From assembly GCA_963693365.1 (NCBI GenBank), contig CAVNZM010000016.1, positions 1,221,671 to 1,248,758 on the forward strand: a stretch of 27,088 bases of DNA. The letters run 5' to 3'. Positions 10,186 through 24,133 of this stretch are shown piece by piece (the stretch's first letter is position 1; each line of letters opens with the position of its first letter). The translations under genes and the position numbers were made by a program. The stretch comes from Amoebidium appalachense. Lineage: Eukaryota > Protista > Ichthyosporea. The notes beneath the pieces are model-generated. The model was not told where the DNA came from and did not search any database. It worked only from the letters and a program-made list of their open reading frames with translations.

Positions 10186-10794
10186 GTATTGCCAATATCG
10201 TGAGGCTATTATCTATTGCCAATATCGTAAAAACACCAGATTAATACTGAAGTAATATCAATTATCCATTGCCAATGTATTGCGAGTAGAGATTTTCTGT
10301 GGTAGAGACGCTATAGAAGTGTAATAGAACTATAATATTGACGTAATATCGGCATAATATTTTTATATTATTGTCATACCATGTCAGGTCTACCACCAAT
10401 AACTATATACCGTATGAGTAATGTACTGGCAATATCCCAAAATGCGTGTACGTGTGCCTATTAACAATACAATTTCGATATTGTCAATGTACTTATTCGG
10501 TATTATACTATTGCTTGCGGAGTATTGTCAATACGTTATGAATATATAATATGTAGGACAATTTTGTGTCAAATTAGGGTATTGTCCAACGTGGCAAGAC
10601 TATTGCCAATATATTATGAATGTATTCTTCCTGACCATTTTGGGATATTGGCAATATACCCAACCCATATGTCCCATATGGCCGATACAAACATAATGTC
10701 GCTATTGGTTATAGGGTTACTATGATATGATTATAATAGGATCTCAATTCGGTCAAAATGTATTGCCAATGTATCCGTCACAATATCAAGACTT

Positions 10795-11577
10795 CTATGA
10801 AAAACTACTCCGGGACGTGTGTTGCCTCTAGGGGGACATCCCCTTGGACGAAAGTGAACCTGGAATGGTTGTAAACCACGGCAAGCCCCCAGTCGTCAAT
10901 TTATTGATCCGTGAGGTCCTTGTGCCCAAAAAACGGGGGAAGTCTTCGCCCCGTGAAAAAACAGCACGTATGTGTGGATCAATGGGGGTTGGGTGTGGGT
11001 GTAGGTGGGTGGGTGAAAAAGGATTATATAGCTGTAAGGCTGTGGGTGCTAAACACAGAAGATGTGTTTGTAGCTTGCTGATCTGCTAAAAACTGTCGTG
11101 CTTATATACCTAAGCCTACAGATCTGAGCCAATCAAAATCGATCTAGTGATATGTGAAATCTGATCCGAGCCAATCAAAACTCGGTCTAGTGATATGTGG
11201 AATCTGATGTTTTGATTGGCTAATAGGTGCCCGTGTGCGGGCAGCCAACCGTGAACTGCTAAAACACGAAATGAAGCCTACATGGTTATGTTGATACCGA
11301 ACACCCATCCTACGTGTTTACCCAGAAAAAATATTTATGTCAATAAATTCCACAAATAAAACCTCTATGAAACACTACTCCGGGACGTGTGTTGCCTCTA
11401 GGGGGACATCCCCTTGGACGAAAGTGAACCTGCAATGGTTGTAAACCACGGCACGAGAGCAGTATGCTTGCTCCAAAGGTTTCACTTAAGAATAGAGGCG
11501 AATACACGTGTGGTAGTGGCAGCAATGGAGGCCGGGCGAAGTCGAGTATAGATCAGGAAACAGTCGGAGGACCATCT
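10795..11577 (-). mobile_element. Inverted copy of the Ngaro-like 3' end (YR C-terminal ~30 codons, B1, A2, spacer, B2)
   Basis: The reverse complement matches 7405-8187 closely, starting at AGATGGTCCTCCGACTG (RWSSDC). Confidence 0.92.
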
Positions 11578-12170
11578 AACAGATAATGGGAGAAATTGTA
11601 AACTTTACATTGTTGGGTATGTCACGACGGCATCTAAACACAGTTGTTTGTATAATAAACTGCTTGGTCACGTAGGTGCAACGACGCACGAAATGGGCAC
11701 AAAAAAAGGCTGTCTATAGGTGATCGGCAAACACGGAGGCAAGAAGCAAAGGGGAGGCAACCCCAACGAAAGCCGTCATAAAAGCTCATTTCAGGTTTAA
11801 GTAGAAAAGCTGCCGGCATGGCCGGCAGGACACATGAACCTTCACATTTTAATAAACGGACCGGTTTTACACATGTATGTAGGGATCCGGGTGTAAATTT
11901 AGTTCGTAGTAGATACAAGCCAAGTCTGCATACTCGCTCTAGTTTTTACCGTCGTTGGTGGACATACATTAGCTAGCACATGCTCACATGCCTACATCGT
12001 GCCTATTTATGCTCATACGGTAACTAGGACGACCTTTCAGTTTGCCAAATTTAACGAACGAAATCTTGAAAATACTAAGGGAAAAGGTGTGTGTGGAGAT
12101 TGGGAACGGTCGGCGAGAAATAGAAAACGGACATAAAGCGCACGTCTAGAGGATAGACAATCACGGAGAG

Positions 12171-12345
12171 TGGACTCTGAGAGTCTGCATCTCGTAGCAA
12201 ACACTTCCAAAATGGGCTCATAATAAAAAACAAAGCATCACCACATGGACTCTGGGAGTCTGCTTCGCGTATCAGACACCTCTAAAAAGGGCACATGAAA
12301 AAGACCAAAGACTCACTACTTGGACTCTGAGAGTCCGTCTCTAGT
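12171..12345. repeat. Degenerate 75-bp tandem repeat (3 cores) with palindromic core GGACTCT-G-AGAGTCC
   Basis: TGGACTCTG(A/G)GAGTC occurs at 12171, 12246 and 12321, an exact 75-bp spacing. Confidence 0.85.
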
Positions 12346-12588
12346 TAGACAACACATGTTAATGACCTACCAAAAAGGAAAAATAGACACCTTCGAAATG
12401 TAATATCAAGAAACACGCATTCATATTCATAGGACGTCAACCTCGAGTGGAGGAAGGGACGCTTTTTCATAAATACTTAAAGTCAGGTTTGCACAGTGGA
12501 GGCCGTCTAATATGAATCATGCTAATTTCGATTTCACCTCCCCCCAAACAAGATATTGCTATTTCCTTCGAGTGTTTTCAAAGGATGG

Positions 12589-12670
12589 TATTATAGTCTT
12601 TATGTCCTCGCTCATGAGTGCCTTTACGATATTATAGTCTTTATGTCCTCGCTCATGAGTGCCTTTACGA
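12589..12670. repeat. Perfect 41-bp tandem duplication
   Basis: TATTATAGTCTTTATGTCCTCGCTCATGAGTGCCTTTACGA occurs twice in tandem. Confidence 0.95.
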
Positions 12671-12765
12671 TTTCATTGAAAGTTCAGCAACACCATAGTA
12701 TTACACATTCATGTGAAGGTCTATGTAAGTCATTCGAGTCAACCCAGACACCATACACAATATCG

Positions 12766-12887
12766 CTATCCCTTGAAGTTCCGTGGGTTTCCGAAGGATG
12801 GTATTTTCGTCCTTATGGTTTGTATGTGTTCCCTTGGTCGTTTTGCGGGGTCTGGAACCTCCGTAGATGCTCGGCGCTTTGTTTGTC
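12766..12887 (-). CDS. Terminal exon (GQTKRRASTEVPDPAKRPRE...FKG*) with bipartite NLS-like motif
   Basis: CTAA branch-like site, pyrimidine tract and CAG acceptor; phase 1; TAG at 12768-12766. Confidence 0.75.
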
Positions 12888-12955
12888 CTGATGGGTAAGG
12901 AGAATTTTAGTTACAACCCTCAAACAATCCTGCATGCTTGCATGCTTTCATGAAC

Positions 12956-12957
<2 letters not shown>

Positions 12958-12990
<33 letters not shown>

Positions 12991-12997
12991 ACTCACA

Positions 12998-13056
<59 letters not shown>

Positions 13057-13083
13057 ATTCTCTCTCATTCTCTCTCTCTCTCA

Positions 13084-13152
<69 letters not shown>

Positions 13153-13436
13153 ACTCTCACACTCTCTCTCTCTTGCTGTCTATCTCTAACTCCCTCTCTT
13201 TCTTCCACTCCGCCTCTCCTCTATCCCCCTAACTCACCCCTAATTCTTTCGTTCAATCTCTTTTATAAAACGGTTCTCTCTTTTCTAAAACGGTTCGCAC
13301 ACCTTCTGCTCAAGCTCCCTCTTGCTCTCTCGCTGTATCTATCATGGCATTTTCTCTCTCTCACTCTTTACTTGATACATGCACATACATGTACGTACCG
13401 ACACACACTCTCTCTTTCTCGTTCTCTCTGTCTCAT

Positions 13437-13499
<63 letters not shown>

Positions 13500-13630
13500 G
13501 AGACTCTCTCCCTCTCTCTCTCTCTCCCCCCCTCTCTCTGTCTCTGTCTCTGTCTCTGTCTCTGTCTCTGTCTCTGTCTCTGTCTCTGTCTCTCTCTCTC
13601 CCTCCCCTCCCCTCCCTTCCTCTGTCTCTA
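12958..13630. repeat. Compound microsatellite (CA)n/(TC)n/(TCTCTG)n within the last intron of the minus-strand gene
   Basis: Directly visible in the sequence. Confidence 0.95.
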
Positions 13631-13781
13631 TCTCCGCCTCTCAGCCCTATCCCCCTATATCCCTACCTCTCTCGGGCATGCAAATGCACTTGCAATGTAA
13701 TGACATACACATTTATCACCGAAATCCCGTTTACGCATCACCACGACCAGGCTATGGAATAATGCCATTGAAGATACGTAC

Positions 13782-13928
13782 CCGTCTTGGACATCATGAG
13801 CGGTTCGTCTTCTGAATCACACGACACGTCATTTTGGAGACTGTTGGTGTCACCATCAAATTTTCTGGCCACACTGTCCGGGTTCTTGATGTTGTCGTTG
13901 TTGCTATTGCTGTCTGGGTTGTTGATGT
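13782..13928 (-). CDS. Internal exon (DINNPDSNS...DSEDEPLMMSKT)
   Basis: CTGAC branch site, CAG acceptor, GTACGT donor, phase 1-1. Confidence 0.75.
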
Positions 13929-14345
13929 CTGCATTGTGAATGTCAGTCCGAGCTCAGAGCCAATGTTCAAATAATGATTTGAAGCCTTTAGTATCTTCTT
14001 CTTGTCGTGGGAGGGGGGGGGGGGGGGGAGTGTTTCGTAAATCCTTACGATTACGATTATTGACGTTTTTTTGCCCATAACACATCTTAACTTAGGAAAA
14101 GTGGAGGTGTTGGAGGTGGTGTGGGTGTGTGTAGGGGGGGGGGGGGGGGAGGAGGGGGGGGCAGTCGAGTATATCCGTGCATGTCGTGGGGGTGGTGGTT
14201 TTGCGTGTGTGTGTATGGGGGGGTGGGGGGGGTTATGCCATGTGGGGGAGGGGGGAGGAGGGGGAGAGGGGGGGGGGGAAGGGGGGGGGGGGGGCACACG
14301 TGCATGTCGTTGGGTGTGTGCAAGTTTGTGTGTGTGTGTGTGTGC

Positions 14346-14413
<68 letters not shown>

Positions 14414-14535
14414 AAATGTCTGTGTGGGCGAATTCTGTGTGTACGTAGGTATTTCATGTGCCTAAAAGCCCGAAAAATTTTATGTTGGTCGATTGATTAT
14501 CATGGGGCATTAAATCATAAGGGCTTGCTTATCAC

Positions 14536-14703
14536 CTTCGTGGTTATGACCATGGAAATCGGCGATTTCTTGGGCAATGTCATCTTCTTCCTCCTCTTCC
14601 TCGTCATCTTCCTCTTGGGTAAGGCCATCTCCCTCACCAGGGTCGCTGTCATCAGCATCCTCATTGTCATATTCCTCATCCTCACTTGAGTTGGGTGACC
14701 CTC
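14536..14703 (-). CDS. Internal exon, highly acidic (SSEDEEYDNEDADD...EEDDEEEEEEDD)
   Basis: CAG acceptor, GTGATA donor, phase 1-1. Confidence 0.75.
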
Positions 14704-15262
14704 CTGGGACTGGAAGGACGGGGAGGGGAGGGGGGGGGGGGGGAGGGAGAGTGGTCATGAGGAACTGTTTGACATAGTATGAGATAGTAAGATGAATGCA
14801 AGTGGGGTAGACTCTTGTAAGAGAGACAAGATGAATGCAAGTGGGGTAGACTGTTGTAAGAGAGACAGTTTGTCGGTGAGAGAAAGACAGAATGAAGGCC
14901 TAGAGTTAGTAGGTGGGGGTGTGTGTGTGGAGGGGGGGATGGTGGTGGTGGGGGGAGGGGGGGGGGGGGGGAGGGGGGATTGGTGGTACCCCCAATACAG
15001 CCTGTAAACGAGATACAGGGGTTCAGGTGTTTTAAGAGTTTTTATTAGAAGTGGCAGGGTGACATGCTTGCATGAATTCGAGTCATAAGAAAGTGCAGGG
15101 GGCTTTGGGGTCTCTTGAACGACGGCGTGCAGAAGACAACATGTATGTGCATGTGAGTCGTGCCTGGGATAAGTGTAAGTGCTTGTGTGACTGTAGATGT
15201 TGGTGGGTTGGGAAATGGGGAGTGGGGGACGGGGGGGGGGGGGGGGGGGGGGGAGGCCTCAC

Positions 15263-15328
15263 CTGGGTCCGACTCCGGTGAGTTTGCATTATCCGACTCC
15301 TTAGGCAACTCGTCCACAGCTGGTCCAC
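15263..15328 (-). CDS. Internal exon (GGPAVDELPKESDNANSPESDP)
   Basis: CAG acceptor, GTGAGG donor, phase 1-1. Confidence 0.75.
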
Positions 15329-15356
15329 CTGTACGATGGATGTTTTGCAAGTGTGT

Positions 15357-15414
<58 letters not shown>

Positions 15415-15939
15415 TGGAAGGGGGGAGGTATGGGGGAGAGGGGGAGGGAGAGTGTTGGTAAGGAACTGTTTGGCATAGCATGAGATAGTATGATGGGTTT
15501 GCCAGTGGGGTAGACTATTGTGAGAGAGATGGTTTGTCGGTGAGAGAAAGACACAATATAGGGGTAGAGTTGGGGGAAGGGGCAAGGGGGGAGGGGGGAG
15601 GGGGATGGGTGTGGGGTGATGTGGGGGGGGGGGGGGGGGGGGGGGGGGGGCTTACAGACACGAGAAGCATGTTAACGAGACCTAAGGATTATAGGGTTAT
15701 GTGTTTGCATGATTTTGGGCCATAACGAAGTGAAGGGGTTTTGGAGGCTATTGAATGTGCTTGAGAGTGACTGTCGTGTCCGGTATAGTTATGAGTGGAT
15801 GTGTTTCTATTGTTGTTGAGGGTTGAAGGGAGGGGGGGGATGAGGGGAGAGGGCGGGGGGGGGGGGGGGGGATGAGGAAGGGGTGGGGGAGGGGTTGGAG
15901 GAGAGGGGGGGGAGGGGGGGGGGGGGGGGGTCAATAAAC

Positions 15940-16165
15940 CTTTTGCCCTTTTCATGACAGAGTCGATGATTTCCAATGCCTTCTTGTTGTATGACATGTC
16001 CTTTTTGAACAAGTTGCCGCTCCCAACCACCATCGAGGGCTCGATGGTCTGAGAGTTCTTCTTCTTGTTGTTTGTTGGGAGAAAGAATTTTGATTGCAAT
16101 TGAAGGTGATCTTTGGTCAAGTACCACAGCACCTCGATCTTGCCGTCCTCAAGGACATTCAGAAC
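15940..16165 (-). CDS. Internal exon (VLNVLEDGKIEVLWY...MKRAK)
   Basis: CAG acceptor, GTTTAT donor followed by poly(C), phase 0-1. Joined to the previous exon it gives an SH3/Tudor-like beta-strand pattern. Confidence 0.8.
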
Positions 16166-16431
16166 CTGTATATCGTGTGCGTGTGCGTGTGCGTGTGCGT
16201 GTGTGCGTGTGCGTGTGCGTGTGTGCGCGTGCGCGCATGTGTGTGTGTGTGTGTGTGTACGTGTGTGTACGTGTGTGTTATGTGCTTGTTATGTGTATTT
16301 TATGTGTGCATTTGGTTGCGGGGGAGGTGGGTTATAATTAATTAGACTTAATCGATATAAGATATAGGTTCTTTCAACCTGGTTATGACAATATAAATCC
16401 CCGGGAAGGGTGTGTGTGTTTGTGTTTTTTT

Positions 16432-16462
<31 letters not shown>

Positions 16463-16785
16463 GGGGGGAGGGGGTGAAGCCGGGGGGACCATAAAGGGCA
16501 TTTCAATTGAAAAAAATGCCCGTGACTAATAACGATTGCGTATCGACATGGAAATACAGAACTGAACTCCACAACGTTTACCATAGTTAATGATAAACCA
16601 ACCGGAATAATTCAAGTGGAAGAGACTGGGAGAATTGGCGTACGACGATGTACGTTGTGCATGGGGGTGTGCATGTTTAAAGTGGAGAGGGGGGGTCAAG
16701 GTGGGGAGTTGGGGTAAGGATGAGATGGGAAGAGGAGGGGGGGGGGGGGGGGAGGGGGGGGGGGAGGGGAGGGGGGAGGATGAAC

Positions 16786-17013
16786 CTTTGCCGGCTCGGG
16801 GATGGCCTTGGGGTTGTAGGCCTTGGTGGGGTTGACAAGGCAAAGAACAATATCACCCTTCTTGGCGCCCGTGTACAGGCTTGGATTCTTCCAGTCTGCC
16901 AAGCGTGCTCGTTTCCCAGGGTCCCGGTACGCCCCTGAGTACGGCGCTTTAAAGGGCTTGTCCTGCCGCAAGCTGGGCAACGGATCCTCCATAGACTCCG
17001 GCTCCACAGCGAC
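16786..17013 (-). CDS. Internal exon (VAVEPES...KKGDIVLCLV...EPAK), 76 codons
   Basis: CAG acceptor, GTTCAT donor followed by a C-rich tract, phase 0-0. Confidence 0.8.
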
Positions 17014-17676
17014 CTGTTTGGTATATAATGGTTAGTTAACAAAGCGGAGAGGCACGTCAGACAGACATCTAAAACGAAAAGGAGGTTTTGATGCACCCAA
17101 ATCTGCACGGAGGGTAATGGGGGGACCTGGTTTATTGGGGGGAGAGGGGGAGGGAAAGTGGCCGGGGGGAGGAGGGGGGGGGGGAGGGGGAAGCAAGACA
17201 AGGGAATTATGGGGAATGGTATGCAGGGGTGGGGATGGGTTGGGAAAGTAATAGGAGGGTTAGATGCACCTACTTCTAAACGGGGGGTGACGGGTGGACA
17301 TCATTTAAGGGGAGGGAGGGAAACTAACGAAAACCGCAATCTGTTAAGGGCCGCGGGGAAGCAGGGGGAGGGGGGGGGGGGGGGGGAGAGCCCGGGAATC
17401 GTGGGGGATGATTTGGAGGGGTGGGGACGAGTTGGAAAAATAAAAGGAGGTCTAGATGCACCTGAATCTGCACGGGGGGTATTGGGGGGACGTGGTTTAT
17501 GGGGGGAGAGGGGGAGGGAAAGTGGCCGGGGGGAGGGGGGTAAGGGAAAGCAAGGAAATTATGGGGGATGATATGGAGGGGTGGGGATGGGTTGGGAAAG
17601 TAATAGGAGGTTTTATAGAATGTATTCGTGTGTATGCGTGCATTGTGGTGTGTGCCTATGCGTGTGTGTGGTGTAC

Positions 17677-18060
17677 CTGTTCTGGTTCTTCCCCGCCGGC
17701 CTGGGCTGACTCTCTCTTTCGGTGTATGAAATTGAGGGTTCTTGTTAGAGGATCCACCTCTTCCTTGTATTCAAATCCCGAAGGAGGGCGCTGGTTCTCG
17801 ACGGCTTCTGCAAACCGCAGATACCATTCTCGTTGCTCCGGGGAGAGATCCTTACCAACACCCCCCATGTTCTCTGGGTTGAGCTGCTCCCGCCATTGGG
17901 AAACGGGCTGAGTCTGTTTTGCAGCTGTGCCGTCCTCGAATCGAATATGAAGCCGTGGTGGGCGTGCGTCAGCTGGGATGACCTCTTTGAAAGCCCACAT
18001 AATATCATCCATGGGGGACCACTCTGGGTCGGTACAATACCTCTTCCACCGTATTCCGAC
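17677..18060 (-). CDS. Internal exon (VGIRWKRYCTDPEWSP...GGEEPEQ), 128 codons
   Basis: CAG acceptor, GTACAC donor, phase 0-0, complex protein-like composition. Confidence 0.8.
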
Positions 18061-18148
18061 CTGGGTTTGTTTATTTATTATTTTTTGGGTTGGGGGGTCG
18101 GGGGGGGGGGGGGAAGGGGTATTGGGGTGTACAGGGGGGTTGAGTGCT

Positions 18149-18227
<79 letters not shown>

Positions 18228-18850
18228 AGGGGGGGGGGGTGGGGGGGCAGGAGGAGGGGCAGAAGTGAGAAACAAAGTGACTACCGACCGACTGTGGGAA
18301 CTTAGTGCAACCGGTGGTCTCAAACGTTATTGGCAAGTTTGGTTTCAGCCCACCCTTAATAACTTACAAATTCAGATAGGGGAAAGGGGCCGGCCAACCT
18401 CATCACGATACGTCATAACCTCCATGTGAAAGTGTTTAAAGGGAGTGGGGATTTATAATTGGGGTGTGTCTGTGTAGGGTGGGGGGTTCGGATGTGGTGG
18501 TGGTGGTGGTGGTGGTGGTGGTGGTCGTTGGTGATGTTTTATCTTCTTTTCATCATTTCAATTTTTATTTTAAAGACGGGGGGGGGGGGGGGGGGGGGGT
18601 GATCATACACGCTCGGCGTTGAAATCTGGGTGGTGGTGATAAACACGCACGCATGCACATCCAAACACACGCATGACTTATTCCCTAATTTGCTTCTCAC
18701 AGATGATGCCATAAAAAATTGTTCTATAGGTCATTTTCTGGTGTGGACATCGTTCCTTGTTTACATGAGATTGGGTATGGGGGACGTTTTGTGTGTGTGT
18801 GTGTGTTGGGGGGGGGGGGGGGGGGGGGGGGGAGGGGAGGGGGGTTTAAC

Positions 18851-19430
18851 CGGCTGGGCACACAAATATCCCGTCGTGCACCGGGCTGTGTTCGAAGAAT
18901 GTAAGGAGTTCCTCATGTAGCCAACCCACCAACATGTTGCGCTCTAGTACGTGGTGAGGGGACATGTACAGACCCCGGCAATGTTTTATGTTCTTCATAA
19001 ACGGTGGATCTTAAAAGGCCGCTAGTCTCCGGAACGTCTGCGGGTTGATGTTAAACAGGATTCCGACGGCAAACGGGCATCGCATATGACCGTGGAATGG
19101 GAGTCGATTATTCTGGCTCAAACGATTCCCATGTGTGAGAGCTGTAGCCATCTCCCACAGCTTAACTCTCCTCTCAGCCAGGCCGTACTTTTCATATAAA
19201 AGTGAACGTGACTCGCGAACATCTTTAATCGAGTAAGGGTGCAATTCCAAACATCTGCCTTTTGAGCAACACCTTTGCGTCGATGCGGCAGGCTGTATGT
19301 TTTCGTCAGAAAGTGCTGTGGCGCGTCTTTTCGTGTGTGTAGTCTGAGCACCGCGAGGTCGTTTCTGACCTGAGTACTTCCGGGCGGGCTTGAGCACCAC
19401 CCTCTCCACGTTCGCCAAACTTAGTGGCAT
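18851..19430 (-). CDS. First exon of the transposase-like gene (basic NLS-like segment plus Cys-rich region; internal TAA)
   Basis: ORF 19430-19011 continues in frame past TAA as DPPFMKNIKHCRGLYMSPHHVLERNMLVGWLHEELLTFFEHSPVHDGIFVCPA, up to donor GTTAAA followed by poly(C). Confidence 0.65.
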
Positions 19431-19559
19431 TGCGTTGATTAGGCTCTAGTCATGCCATTGACCCTAGGACCAGGGTGCACGCATAACAACACTTCGACAT
19501 GTGTGAATGAGGCGCGGACGTGTGTGTAGCCGCTTTTATATGACATGCAAGTGTATTGT

Positions 19560-23783
<4,224 letters not shown>

Positions 23784-24133
23784 CCCCCCCCCCCCCCCCC
23801 CCCCCCCCCGCGCCAAAAAATGAAGATCCAAAATAAAAATTGAACACCCACACGCTCACGCAACCACAACACTTGCCTTTACAGTACACATGTAACCAAA
23901 TGGCTATAGTAAATCCGCACGAATTCTCTAATTCGTACAAGCAATGCGTGTCGCACGCGGGCTGCTCTGGTGACACAACCATACCGCGTGATCTTATTGC
24001 GGGATCACATTTTTTTTGACCCCGCTACCCAGCACAGGACTCTAAACAAAAAGCGGTCGTCATTCCGAAGCACAAGCACTTTTTCCGCGCACGCAAGCTG
24101 TTCAATACGCTGTCTTAACAACACAGTGTCGAC

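Larger units (their letters stand above)
12766..19430 (-). pseudogene. Multi-exon gene, probably a damaged or internally deleted DNA transposase-like gene (tentatively DUF7869/Sola-like)
   Basis: Seven phase-compatible GT-AG exons: 18060-17677, 17013-16786, 16165-15940, 15328-15263, 14703-14536, 13928-13782 and 12887-12766 (ends TAG). First exon 19430-18851 has CCxxxxC...CxxAxxxLFxI...GWL...P and an in-frame TAA at 19013-19011. No clean frame can be built across 18850-18061 and no DDE core is visible. The family call is recalled motif resemblance only. Confidence 0.6.

Noticed and set aside
12171-12345. CRISPR-like array (palindromic repeat with regular spacing)
   Set aside because: Only three short cores, the intervening sequences resemble each other, there are no cas genes, and the context is eukaryotic.
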